A model generated the notes under the pieces. It did no database searches. It was not told the origin of the DNA and worked only from the letters and a program-made list of their open reading frames with translations. Position numbers and translations under genes: made by a program. Positions 1 through 12,297 of a stretch of 64,000 bases of DNA are shown piece by piece. Source of the DNA: Macrostomum lignano (lineage: Eukaryota); assembly GCA_002269645.1 (NCBI GenBank), contig NIVC01003196.1, positions 1 to 64,000 on the forward strand, read 5' to 3'. The stretch's first letter is position 1; the number at the start of each line of letters is the position of its first letter.

Positions 1-540
1 GTGAGCCCGCACATTTTTGCCCCTCGTCTCAATGAAGAACGTTCAGAAGAGAGAAGGACTTGGTGGACTTATTTTCCCGAGTCTAGATGTGCTTCGCCTT
101 CTGCTGAATGCCGAAACGATTATTCGCCGCTCCAGCTTTGATAGCTTTTTCAAGCTCCATCGCTGTTCAGAGACTGATAATGTCCAGCGCGCTGTTCCTG
201 AATTAGATTCGCATTCAGCAGCTGTTAGCACAGGTATTGAGTCACACAAGCTGCATTTGATGAAAGTTATGAGCATGTTTTACATCAGAATTCGCATGAA
301 GAAAATGCGAAAGACATGTCGCACTTATTGAGAAAGGCAGGAAGGAGACAAAAGCTGCTGCGCACAGCAATTTTTCTTAATCTGTGAGCGCTTGACTTTG
401 AAGGACATTTCGGGTAAGCAGCTTAATTCAACTAATTTTTTATGTATTTGATTTTCGTGGCGTTTTATGTGAAAGAAAAGAAAAAAATTATCTCAAATGC
501 ATGTGTCCAATAGGAGCACAATGGAAAAGAGGCCGCCCTG
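1..540 (+). mobile_element. 3' end of a P-element/THAP9-like DNA transposon (transposase C-terminus, frameshifted near 300; putative terminus near 540)
   Basis: ORF 17-331 contains GGLIFPSLDVLRLLLNAETIIR...HKLHLMKVMSMFYIRIRM. A frame change near 298-303 continues as NAKDMSHLLRKAGRRQKLLRTAIFLNL* (stop 385-387), resembling the P-transposase C-terminus (RGGLxxPS...YxxIR...RxKLxKxILFxN). Reverse complement of 529-540 is CAGGGCGGCCTC, a CA-starting candidate TIR. The partner end lies outside the window. Confidence 0.65.
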
Positions 541-1689
541 TACCACATATCGATCGAGCTGGGGTGGGTGAGAGGGACCAGTTTCTCATGGGGGAAATGG
601 TCCGCTTTTTTCTTCACTTTACTGGTCTATATTCTATATGGTCTGTGGTTAGCCCCCCCCCCCCCTATTCGAAGTCTTCGCCTGGACCCCCATCAAGTTG
701 CCGTTATCCCACCAATGGCTTTGAGCTCCTCTCTCATCTATGACTTATGAGTTGTCCAATAGACACTCTAATTCAAATTTAATTTAGTTTGTCATACCAA
801 ATTTTTTCTCAGTTGTTATAGTCGACTGAATTCTAGTACGATCAGAACTAGACAGGGAGCTGCTCTTCATATTGCTGGTTCTGGTTCTAGAACCAGAGTA
901 AGCAAAGTAAAGTAAAGTATTCAAATATAACTTTTTGTCTCCTAAACTAGAGGGATATCAGTGCTTTAAAATTGTGATTATTGAATGGCAATAGCCAAGA
1001 AGAAAGTGAGAAATCGTGCAGAGTGAGGCTGTTAAGGCAGTCAACCATTCAACAAAGTTAAATAGTTATACTGCTTTTTTTCTTGGAAATCCGAACCGAT
1101 TCTGGTTCGAGAGTCGATGCCGTGAAGAGGCTCAGGCTTTTCCTCTTCCCAATCCGCTTCGCCCTATTCTAACCCACACTAGATGCACACGACCCGACTA
1201 TTAGTTAAATGGTAAGCAGACAAATTGGTTTGCATTTTCGTCTGCCGCACTATATTCACTTCTTGAGGCCGAGGGCAGACGAACTGGAGGCAGACAAATT
1301 GACTAGGGCAGGGCCTAGCCGTAGCCCGTAGGGGGCCTAACTCAACCTGACAAATTAGGCCTAGTTAGCTAGAAATTGGGGCCTAATCAACACAACATGA
1401 GATAATTTTTTAAGAGAAAGCTTACCCTAGCCTACTGCAATTACTGCAGTAGGCCATAGCCTACTGCTAATCAGTTGTATAGACAATACTAGGCCTATAG
1501 ATAGGCCTAAAGAAATTTATAATTTCCTCATAATTTATGCAACCAATGGTCTGTTTGTATCTATCTATCTAGGTAGGTATGAAATTGATTTTAGAAAAAA
1601 AACAGCTCAACCAATTTGATTCAAACTTGCCACCATTCAATCAGAAATTTTTCTATGACAAAGAGAAAAGCAAAAATCAACATTAAGTA

Positions 1690-2440
1690 TGCCCTATTAA
1701 TGTTAATATTTAACATTATTTCATATTTATATGCTTCTATGATTTTTACATGACACTTCTATGATTTTTACATGACGTTTATGATTTTACATGACGCTTC
1801 TATGCTTTCTTTTTTACATGACGCTTTTTGTCCTTTATTTGTCCTTTAATAAAAGTTTTAAAAAACTTTTCACTCTTAGATTCGAACCCAGGTCGCTGCA
1901 TTTGCAGTCCAGTCTGTTCACATCTAGGCTAGCTATTATCGAATATAAATGAAATTGTAGCACTTATATAATTCAATACTCACTCACGAAGCAGTTATGA
2001 CATAATCAATTTCCCAGGCAAGTCAGTATCAGTCTCAATTAAAGTTGACAATTATGGTTACGCAATCTAAATCACATCTGGTGCTACGCTTCCACACTGC
2101 ATTTTCAATACTGTGACACAATTCAAGTTGGAGTTACAATTTAGTTATGATTTAATCTATTTCAGAATCAAATTCAACCAGTCAATTTTTTCTAGCATTC
2201 TTACAATGCATTTCAGTCGAAAAGTTTGCTTGACCTTTGCAAAAAAGCATGTTTTGAGTATTTAATGCGGCACAAATGCCTTTAGCATTGAGCAATTTCT
2301 TAGCCAAGACACATGTACCGTCACGGGAAAATTTCTGATCGAACAGTGCAAGTCTCATGAAAATCGGTTAAGCCATTTTTTTCTCTAATCGATTACAAGC
2401 AAGCAAGCAAGCAAGATTTTCATTTTAGTATATAGGAAAT
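1690..2440. mobile_element. possible Helitron/Helentron-type non-autonomous element
   Basis: Short internal tandem repeats (1730-1830), a reverse B-box-like gattcgaaccc (~1879), and an end structure 'gaaaatcggttaagcc...(caag)n...cattttagtatatag' reminiscent of DINE-1/Lep1-like ends. Pattern recall only. Confidence 0.3.
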
Positions 2441-2839
2441 AGCATTCCTATTGCTTAAAAAATAAGTGTGTTTTTTATTTGTACTAAGATATAAACTTGC
2501 ATCCAATGTCTAATTTAAGGATGCAATTTTGAAAGTCAAGATGCTATAGCATCCCTTTCACAAAAAAATAAACCTAGGCCAAAACAAGTGTTGATATTGG
2601 CTAAGGCCTAGCTAATTGCATGCCAATATATGCCAAAAAACTAAAATTGTATATTAGAATAACCAAAAAGTGTTTTAGGTAAAAGTTCTCTAAAAGTTCA
2701 TTCAAGTGGTAGGCCTAGATTATTTTTTCTATGCTAGACTTTCTAGACCTGCATACTTGAATATGCTTCATGCTATATGCTTCCTAACTTGAGTAGGCGT
2801 GTGGTTTAATCTGCATGATAGTGAATTTGGGGGGAGCAC

Positions 2840-3280
2840 GAGAATTTCCTGCAGGAATTTTTCCCGCGAGCTTTCCCCGCACGAGTTTTTCCCGCGACGA
2901 AGATTTGCCGCAGGAGCTTTCCCCACACGAGATTCTCCCGCAGCAATTTTTTACCGCAGCAAGAGTTTCCCACAGGAAATTTCTCCGTCGAGATTTTCCT
3001 GCCGAGCTTTTACCGCCAAGATTTTCCCGCACGAATTTTCTCTGCATAGACTTTTTCCAGAAGAAAGATTTTCCCGCAAGAAATTTCTCGTGATTGCCTG
3101 TTTACCTTCCTACCTGTCTTCTGTCTGTCTGTCTGTCTGCCTGCCTGGCTGGCTGCCTGTGTCGAATTTATCAAAGAAAATCGCGTCTCTGCTAATAGCT
3201 TTCCTTTTTATAATTTCTTTCTTAAGGTAACAGGCAATCACGAGAAAGCTCGGCGGGAAAAATTCCTGCGGGAAATTCTC
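2840..3280. mobile_element. MITE/foldback-like element with ~36-40 bp terminal inverted repeats and internal short repeats
   Basis: 2840-2875 gagaatttcctgcaggaatttttcccgcgagctttc is the near reverse complement of 3244-3280 gaaagctcggcgggaaaaattcctgcgggaaattctc. Internal 'ttttcccgc' subrepeats and a (tctg)n tract. No clear TSD. Confidence 0.7.
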
Positions 3281-3493
3281 ATAGACCCGAGGATAAGAGG
3301 GGAGAAGAGAGCTGAGAATAGAGATTAACTTTTAGCAGGCCAGATTAGGATTGTGAAGTTTTAAAGGACCCGAGGACCAGTTAGAGAGGCTTCGCGGGTT
3401 AGAGTTTTTAGAATTTGAATCAGCAGCCTTCAAAAGCCTCATCAGCATAGCCATATCTAAAACTGTTGCCCCCTGTCGCGGCCGTGATTGCAG

Positions 3494-6400
3494 ATGTCGG
3501 ACGCGTCGCTTGAGCAGTCGCTAAAGCTGCTCCGTGAAGAGGCTGGCATGGTGTGCCACAGCGCCAGCAGTCACGTGATCATCGTATTTGGCGCCTCTGG
3601 CGATCTAGCCAAGAAGAAGATCTATCCAACTCTGTGGTGGCTGTTCAGAGACAAACTGCTGCCATCCAACACTCATTTCATTGGCTACTCGCGGTCTAAT
3701 CTCACCGTAGACAATCTCCGATCCAATGCCATGCCCTATTTAAACGCCAAGGACTCCGAATCGGCTCAACTGGACGAGTTCTTCAAGCGCAATTCATACA
3801 TTCAAGGCAGTTACGACAAGCCGGAAGATTTTATCCGTTTAAACAAATTTATTGTGGATAATTTCTCGGCTTGCTCGAATCGATTGTTTTACCTGGCTAC
3901 ACCGCCGTCTCAGTTCATCAGCGTAGCAACTAATTTGAAGGCTCACTGCACCGCTGAATCGGACGGCCTGTGGAATCGGCTGATTGTTGAAAAGCCGTTG
4001 GCAAAGATCTAGATTCTAGCGAAGTGCTGGCCAAGCACCTGTCCAGCTTGTTCAGCGAGGACCAGATCTATCGCATTGATCACTACCTGGGCAAGGAGAT
4101 GGTGCAGAATGTTGTCGTGCTGAGATTTGCTAACCGGGTGTTCAGCCCGTTGTGGAATCGCGACAATATCGCCAATGTTGTCGTCACATTCAAAGAGAAC
4201 TTCGGCACCGAAGGTCGAGGCGGCTACTTTGACGAGTTTGGCATCATTAGAGACGTGATGCAGAATCATCTGCTGCAGATTCTGTGCCTCATCGCTATGG
4301 AACGGCCAATTTCTATGGAGGCTAATGATATTCGCGATGAGAAGGTATTGATTTTGTTAGTCAAGTTGAAGTCTACAGAATGAAGATAGGTTGGGCCATA
4401 GACAACTTGCAAATTTCTAATTGTGACTAAAGTCGAAACCTGCGGCGTAGCAGGGCTTGCCATAGACTATCGCTACCACTTTACTACTCTAAGTCCTTCC
4501 AGAAAATCCTTCCAGCTGAGAAGGGAGTGTTTTGCGATGAGAGTCGTCTCCAAAATCTCCCACAAGAGAATCGTCTCCAAAATCTCCCAAGAGAATCAAT
4601 CACCTCCGAAATCTCCCAGAGAATCGTCTCCAAAATCTCCCCAAGAGAATCGTCTCCAAAATCTCCCCAGCGAATCGCCTCCAAAATCTCCCGGAGAATT
4701 GCCCTTTTAAACTAAACCTTCACCTCTCCCTACAGGTAAAAGTGCTTCGCTGCATGCGTCCCCTGAGCCTGGACGATGTTGTTGTCGGGCAGTACGTGGC
4801 GGACCCGGAGAACGGCAAGCCGGGCTACCTGGACGATCCCACTGTGCCTGCCGGGTCCATAACGCCCACTTACGCTGTGGCCGCTCTGTATGTTGATAAC
4901 GAGCGTTGGCAGGTAAGAATGATTGACAATTTTGATCTTAAGTTAGAATATGTGTGAGATCTCATAGAATATGTGTGAGATCTCATGTTAAAATTTGTGT
5001 GAGATCTCGTCTTAGAATCTGATGTGAGATCTCATGTTAGAATCTAATGTGAGATCTCATGTTAGGATCGTGTGAGATCTCATGTTAAGATAAATGTGAG
5101 ATCTCCTGTTAGGATCTGTTTGAGATTTCATGTTAGAATTTAATGTGAGATCTCATGTTAGAATCTAATGTGAGATCTCATGTTAGAATCTGTGTGAGAT
5201 CTCATGTTAGGATCTGTGTGAGATCTCATGTTAGAATCTAATGTGAGATTTCATGTTAGAATCTGTGTGAGATCTCATGTTAGAATCTGTGTGAGATCTC
5301 ATGTTAGGATCTGTGTGAGATCTCATGTTAGAATCTAATGTGAGATTTCATGTTAGGATCTGTGTGTGCGATCTCATGTGTGAGACCTCATGTTAGAATC
5401 CGTATGAGATATTCATTATCAGAGTCTGGCTTTGTTAGAATTAGTGCGATATTTTAAGCCCAAATCTAACTGTGAGATCTCATGTCTCACCCTGGCTGAG
5501 ATTTGAGTCATCGTATCACTTTTCAAAAGCATTTCGGTCGCACATGTGCAGTTAACCTGTGTGACGCAGTCTCAAAGAGTGGAATTAATAATTAATGCTC
5601 AACACAGACTTGAAGTTACTGTAAGATAAGATTAAGGTTAAAGGCCAGTCCAAAACGAAGGAATATTCAGTGTTATTGTACAATTCACATTCGCCAGAAA
5701 GTCAGTGAGAACTTGAGGTTTATCGTATGCTCGTATGATGCGAAAAAAACGGTTTCTTAAAATACTTGCTTGCCCTAGATTTTCGTAAGCTAAAATAATC
5801 ATTGTATATCTGCATCCAGACATTGATAAATGGATATTCTATCAGATTCCTAACTTTTGTCTGATTCTGTCCTATATTGTGTGTCTGTATTTGTGTCTGT
5901 CTGATTGTATTTGTGTCTGTATGACTGTATTTGTGTCTGTCTGACTGTATTTGTGTCTGTATGACTGTATTTTTGTCTGTCTGACTGTATTTTTGTCTGT
6001 CTGACTGTATTTGTATCTGTCTGACTATTTGTGTATGTGTGACTGTATTTGTGTCCGTCTGACTGTATTTGTGTCCGTCTGACTGTATTTGTGTCTGTAT
6101 GACTGTATTTGTGTCTGTCTGACTGTATTTCTGTCTGTATGACTGTATTTTTGTCTGTCTGACTGTATTTGTATCTGTCTGACTGTATTTGTGTCTGTGT
6201 GACTGTATTTGTGTCTGTGTGACTGTATTTGTGTCTGTCTGACTGTATTTGTATCTGTCTGACTGTATTTGTGTCTGTGTGACTGTATTTGTGTCCGTCT
6301 GACTGCATTTGTGTCTGTCTGACTGTATTTGTGTCTGTATGACTGTATTTGTGTCTACCTGTCTCCATTTGTGTCTACCTGTCTGCATTTGTGTCTGCCT

Positions 6401-7595
6401 GTCTGTATTTGTGTCTGTCTGTCTGTATTTGTGTCTGCCTGTCTGCATTTGTGTCTGCCTGTCTGTATTTGTGTCTGCCTGTCTGTATTTGTGTCTGCCT
6501 GTCTGTATTTGTGTCTGCCTGTCTGTATTTGTGTCTGCCTGTCTGCATTTGTGTCTGCCTGTCTGTATTTGTGTCTGCCTGTCTGTATTTGTGTCTGTAT
6601 GACTGTATTTGTGTCTGTATGACTGTATTTGTGTCTGTATGACTGTATTTGTGTCTGTATGACTGTATTTGTGTCTACCTGTCTGCATTTGTGTCTACCT
6701 GTCTGCATTTGTGTCTGCCTGTCTGTATTTGTGTCTGCCTGTCTGTATTTGTGTCTGCCTGTCTACATTTGTGTCTGCCTGTCTGTATTTGTGTCTGCCT
6801 GTCTGTATTTGTGTCTGCCTGTCTGTATTTGTGTCTGCCTGTCTGTATTTGTGTCTGCCTGTCTACATTTGTGTCTGCCTGTCTGTATTTGTGTCTGCCT
6901 GTCTGTATTTGTGTCTGCCTGTCTGTATTTTTGCCCGACTGTCTTCCTGTCTGCCTCCATGTCTTTGTGTGTATTTGTCTGGTATGTGCTGTGCTTGCCA
7001 CACGTACAGCTGTTGATAACTACGCCCGTGCCTGCTGTATCCATCTGTCCCACTTTCTTTCCCTAAACTCCAGGGCGTTCCATTCATAGTCCGGGCTGGC
7101 AAAGCGCTCAACGAGAAGAAGTGCGAAGTCCGCATCCAGTTCAAAGACGTGATCGCGGACATCCTGCCTAGTGGAGCCGTCCACCGCAACGAGCTGGTGC
7201 TGCGCGTGCAACCGAACGAAGCGGTGTACATGAAGCTCATGACCAAGCGGCCCGGCATGGGCTTCGGCGCTGAGGAGACTGAGCTCGACCTCACCTACAA
7301 CCGCCGATTCACCGATCTGAAATTGCCGGACGCCTACGAGCGCCTGCTGTTAGACGTCCTGGTTGGGTCGCAGATTAATTTTGTCCGAACGGACGAATTG
7401 CGCGAAGCCTGGCGCGTCTTCACTCCGGCGTTGCACGCGCTCGAATCGCAGCGGGTGGCGCCGCATCCCTACCCGTACGGTGTGCGCAACGGGCCGCCGC
7501 AGGCGGACGAGTTCATGCGCCGGCTGGGGTTCACCTTCAGCGGGCAGTACTTCTACCCGCATGGGGGCAGCGGCGCTGGGCCAGTCAAACAGTGA
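3494..7595 (+). CDS. G6PD: glucose-6-phosphate 1-dehydrogenase; exons 3494-4344, 4736-4912, 7074-7595; apparent 1-bp deletion at ~3998-4000
   Basis: Motifs [21 protein letters not shown](F)[69 protein letters not shown]. Both introns are GT-AG, phase 0 (4345-4735, 4913-7073). 'ccg tt ggc aaa gat cta' needs one extra T to read KPFGKDL. Confidence 0.97.
4540..4700. repeat. degenerate ~22-23 bp minisatellite (agaatcgtctccaaaatctccc) in G6PD intron 1
   Basis: About 6 visible imperfect copies. Confidence 0.85.
4950..5410. repeat. ~23-25 bp minisatellite (gtgagatctcatgttagaatct..) in G6PD intron 2
   Basis: Tandem copies, each with a tgagatctca palindromic core. Confidence 0.9.
5875..6935. repeat. 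20-bp minisatellite (tgtatttgtgtctgtctgac / tgtatttgtgtctgcctgtc) in G6PD intron 2
   Basis: About 50 tandem copies; source of the many QT/CVCL-rich spurious ORFs. Confidence 0.95.
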
Positions 7596-7669
7596 GTCAG
7601 TGAGTGAGCATTCTGTGTGCTGTTGTATTGATGGGATCTTGCAAGTTGGGCTGTGTTAGCTGACAGCTC

Positions 7670-8990
7670 ACCAACCTACTCAAATCCTCACACTGTCCCT
7701 ACTCAACTCACCACCCTACTCAGATCCTCACACTGACCCTACTCAACTCACCACCCTACTCAGATCCTCACACTGACCCGTCACCCACTACCCTACTCAA
7801 ATCCTCACACTGACCCACCACCCTACTCGAATCTTCACACTGACCCACCACCCTACTCAAATCCTCACACTGACCCACCACCCTACTCAAATCCTCATAC
7901 TGACCCACCACCCTACTCAAATCCTCACACTGACCCACCACCCTACTCAAATCCTCACACTGACCCACCACCCTACTCGAATCCTCACACTGACCCACCG
8001 CCCTACCCACATCCTCAGTGACCTACCGCCCTACCCACATCCTCACACTGACCCACCGCCCTACCCACATCCTCACACTGACCCACCGCCCTACCCACAT
8101 CCTCACAGTGACCTACCGCCCTACCCACATCCTCAGTGACCCACCGCCCTACCCACATCCTCACAGTGACCTACCGCCCTACCCACATCCTCACACTGAC
8201 CCACCGCCCTACCCACATCCTCACACTGACCCACCGCCCTACCCACATCGTCACACTGACCCACCGCCCTACCCACATCCTCACACTGACCCCCACCCTA
8301 CTCGAATCTTCACACTGACCCACCACCCTACTCAAATCCTCACACTGACCCACCACCCTACTCAAATCCTCACACTGACCCACCACCCTACTCAAATCCT
8401 CATACTGACCCACCACCCTACTCGAATCCTCACACTGACCCACCACCCTACTCAAATCCTCATACTGACCCACCACCCTACTCAAATCCTCACACTGACC
8501 CACCACCCTACTCGAATCCTCACACTGACCCACCGCCCTACCCACATCCTCACACTGACCTACCGCCCTACCCACATCCTCAGTGACCCACCGCCCTACC
8601 CACATCCTCACACTGACCTACCGCCCTACCCACATCCTCACACTGACCCACCGCCCTACCCACATCCTCACACTGACCCACCGCCCTACCCACATCCTCA
8701 CAGTGACCTACCGCCCTACCCACATCCTCAGTGACCCACCGCCCTACCCACATCCTCACAGTGACCTACCGCCCTACCCACATCCTCACACTGACCCACC
8801 GCCCTACCCACATCCTCACACTGACCCACCGCCCTACCCACATCGTCACACTGACCCACCGCCCTACCCACATCCTCACAGTGACCTACCGCCCTACCCA
8901 CATCCTCACACTGACCCACCGCCCTACCCACATCCTCACACTGACCCACCACCCTACTCCACGTCGTCACACTGACCCCCAACCTACCCA
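7670..8990. repeat. ~30-bp minisatellite (cctcacactgacccaccaccctactcaaat / ..ccgccctacccacat) downstream of G6PD
   Basis: About 40 tandem copies in two interleaved variant types. Confidence 0.95.
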
Positions 8991-9884
8991 AAACTCCATA
9001 TTTAGCTACCACCCGACTCAGACTCTCAGGCCCTCTATCCAGGGCCTTTTGATAAGCCACCACTACCTTTCTTAATCCTCATATTGTGTTTCTTATTCAC
9101 CATAATAAACAGGTTTTTATTACGCTTTAATGCTTAATAACAATTGCAGGCCCAGTGACAGAGCTACTGATTCAAAACCGCCCAGTAAGCTGTGTAAGCC
9201 TGTCTTACTCGAGTATGGTATGCAAATCTGAGTTCTCAATATTCGAAGCATGTTGCTTTATAGTGTTTTCTTTTACTTTTATTGACCCTTTCAGAATTGG
9301 CCTGACAAACTCAACAGAGGCATTAATTGAATTCTAGAAAAAAACATTTTGACTTTTTCATTCATCAATGTAAATTAGTATATCATATATTAAGAATTTG
9401 TATTATATATTTAGCTAGTTCTAGTAAAAACGAAGTTCTGTTGAAACAATTTTTTATTGATAGTAGTTTAACAAAATTATTTCGACCAAATTTTAAGGTT
9501 AACCCATGATATAAGACTTAGTTTTATTTGAGTAGTTGATAGATAATTACTTTTCATACACCGGTAAAATGCGGCCAAGACAATGGAGCTGAGCACTCTG
9601 AATGTACATAAATAATATTAATTTAATTTCTAGCTAATATTTATGTTGTCCTAGGACAGTACCTGTGTCTGATATTGCTATATTTGTAGCTATTTTTGAC
9701 ATTGTATTCTTCATCATATATTCTAATTTTAAAATTTTATTCTATTTTATTTTGTTTGCTTTCTATCAATAAATAATCGCAGACCATAATTTTTTTTCTG
9801 ACGGTTGTAACTTTGTACGACTTGTTGACTTAACCATTGCTTAAACAACACTAGAATTTGCAGAATTAGCTAGTTTTCTTGTGC

Positions 9885-10277
9885 CCAGATCCTCAGTTGC
9901 TAGGCCACCAGCCTCCCAGATCCTCAGTTGCTAGGCCACCAGCCTCCCAGATCCTCAGTTGCTAGGCCAGCCTCCCAGGTCCTCAGTTGTTAGGTCAACA
10001 GCCTCTCAGATCCTCAGTTGCCTCTCAGATCCTCAGTTGCCTCTCAGATCCTCAGTTGCCTCTCAGATCCTCAGTTGCCTCTCAGATCCTCAGTTGCCTC
10101 TCAGATCCTCAGTTGCCTCTCAGATCCTCAGTTGCCTCTCAGATCCTCAGTTGCCTCTCAGATCCTCAGTTGCCTCTCAGATCCTCAGTTGCCTCTCAGA
10201 TCCTCAGTTGCCTCTCAGATCCTCAGTTGCCTCTCAGATCCTCAGTTGCCTCTCAGATCCTCAGTTGCTGGGCCAGC
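9885..10277. repeat. 19-bp minisatellite (cctctcagatcctcagttg) immediately upstream of TECR
   Basis: Near-perfect tandem copies at 10007-10268, with longer gctgggccag-containing variants at both ends. Confidence 0.95.
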
Positions 10278-10344
10278 CTCCCAACTCCCCACTCCAATCC
10301 TACACAGCAACCTGTTCTCCCATGCCACAATAATAACCAGCACT

Positions 10345-11259
10345 ATGGAAGTCATCGTTCTTCGAGCCAACGACGGTCGCGTAATTGAGAGCTTCACCGG
10401 CGTCTCAGCGGACAGCACCATCGACGACTTGAAGCAGCTGTTCGCCCAGCGCCAGCCGAAGTACTACCCGGACAGGCAGAGCTTCCGCAAAGAGAAAACC
10501 GCCCGATCCTTGCCGGGGAATTCTAAACTGGGCGAGCTGGCCGGCTCTGCCAAGTCTCTGTCGGTTTATTTCAAAGATCTGGGTCCCCAGATTGGCTGGA
10601 CAACCGTGTTTGTTGCCGAGTACACTGGCCCGCTAATTGTTTACCTGCTGTTCTACCTGAGGCCGGCCATTGTCTATGGGCCGGAGGCTGGCAAAGCTCC
10701 CATGCACTGGATAGTGAAGGCCGCGGCCGCCTGCTGGATCGGGCACTATGCCAAGCGCCTGCTGGAGACGGTGTTCGTGCACCGCTTCTCTCACGGCACC
10801 ATGCCATGGCGCAATCTGTTCAAGAACTGCTCCTACTATTGGGGCTTCGCCGCCTTCGTTGCCTACTTTGTTAACCATCCGCTGTACACCGCGCCAGCCG
10901 ACTCGCAGGCAATTGCCGCTCTGGTCACTTTTGTGTTCTGCCAGCTGGGCAACCTCAGCTGCCATGTGGCGTTGAGGAACCTCCGACCGCCGGGTACGCG
11001 AGTGCGTAAAATTCCCAGGCCCACTGCTAATCCATTCACCTGGCTGTTCGGCCTGGTCTCCTGCCCGAATTACACTTACGAGTTTGGGTCTTGGCTATCG
11101 TTCACGGTTGCTACCCAGTGCCTGCCGGCTGGCCTGTTCACCCTGGCCGGCGCCTACCAGATGACCGTCTGGGCGCTCGGCAAGCACCGGAACTACCGGC
11201 GCGAATTTGCCTCGGATTATCCAAGGGGCCGGCGCGCCATCTTCCCGTTCGTGCTGTAG
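10345..11259 (+). CDS. TECR: very-long-chain trans-2,3-enoyl-CoA reductase (TECR/Tsc13), intronless, 304 aa
   Basis: N-terminal ubiquitin-like domain (MEVIVL...YPDRQSFR), then YFKDLGPQIGWTTVFVAEYTGP, HYAKRLLETVFVHRFSHGTMP, NLFKNCSYYW, LVSCPNYTYE, WALGKHRNYRREF, YPRGRRAIFPFVL. The start is the ATG at 10345, not the repeat-derived upstream extension. Confidence 0.96.
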   Translation: MEVIVLRANDGRVIESFTGVSADSTIDDLKQLFAQRQPKYYPDRQSFRKEKTARSLPGNSKLGELAGSAKSLSVYFKDLGPQIGWTTVFVAEYTGPLIVYLLFYLRPAIVYGPEAGKAPMHWIVKAAAACWIGHYAKRLLETVFVHRFSHGTMPWRNLFKNCSYYWGFAAFVAYFVNHPLYTAPADSQAIAALVTFVFCQLGNLSCHVALRNLRPPGTRVRKIPRPTANPFTWLFGLVSCPNYTYEFGSWLSFTVATQCLPAGLFTLAGAYQMTVWALGKHRNYRREFASDYPRGRRAIFPFVL

Positions 11260-11689
11260 GGGGCTGCTGCAACTCTGGGATTGTCCGTTTTTTCTATTAA
11301 TTTAGCGCAGTTTTTTAAATAGACTAGCAGTACATGTAGCATTCCTTTGATTGAAACTGTACGCTTGTTGTTGAGTAGGTTGAAGGTCAATTAACTAGGG
11401 AACCAGTCTGTATGTGTCTATCCTGTTAGTTTTTATAGTTTTTTTAATAAATAAATATATATCTTTCTCTCTCTCCAACCAAAGCCAGTCAAAACAGGCA
11501 AAATAAAATAATATTGAATTGGTCCAAAATTTGAATGATTTAACTAAATATATCTAGCTATAGACCTCCTCATGACGTTGGAACTCATGCCACTGTTGTC
11601 TTTTAATTTCATCATTTTTAACAAATTGTTCATATTTAAGTTAGAGTTCAGCAGAATTCTTGGTTTAGTAAGGGTTGCGGGTCTTATCA

Positions 11690-12240
11690 TGAGATTTCGA
11701 GTCTCACCATAAGAGCTTTCTGGTCTCATGATGATATTTCAGGTCTCATCATAAGATTTTTGGTCTCATCATGAGATTTTTGGTCTCATCATAAGATTTT
11801 TGGTCTCATCATAAGATTGCGGGTCTCATCATGAGAGTTCAGATCCCATCATCAGATTTCATATCCCATCATGAGATTTCAGATCTCATCATGAGATTGC
11901 GGGTCTGATCATAAGATTTCATGTCTCATCATGAGATTTCAGATCCCATCATGAGTTTTCAGATCTCATCATGAGATTTCAGATCTCATCATGAGATTGC
12001 GGGTCTGATCATTCGATTTCATGTCTCATCATGAGATTGTGGGTCTCATCATGAGTTTTCAGATCCCATCATGAGATTTCAGATCCCATCATGAGTTTTC
12101 AGATCTCATCATGAGATTTCAGATCTCATCATGAGATTTCAGGTCTCATCCCGAGATTCCAGGTCTCATCATGAGATTGCGGGTCTCATCATAGGATTTC
12201 AGGTCTCATCTTGAGATTTCATGTCTCATCATAGGATGGC
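11690..12240. repeat. 20-bp minisatellite (tctcatcatgagatttcagg/a) between TECR and UBR7
   Basis: About 27 imperfect copies with a quasi-palindromic tctcatcatgaga core. Confidence 0.93.
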
Positions 12241-12297
12241 GGGTCTTAATAAGTCTCAACAATCAAAGCAATTTCATCCCGACAGCCAGCAGTTGTC

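Noticed and set aside
5720-8990. QT-rich, CVCL-rich and PPPYPHPH extensin-like ORFs
   Set aside because: They are translations of intronic or intergenic minisatellites.
10018-10344. N-terminal extension of the TECR ORF (PLRSSVASQILSCLSDPQL repeats)
   Set aside because: It derives from a 19-bp non-triplet minisatellite open in several frames; TECR homology starts at ATG 10345.
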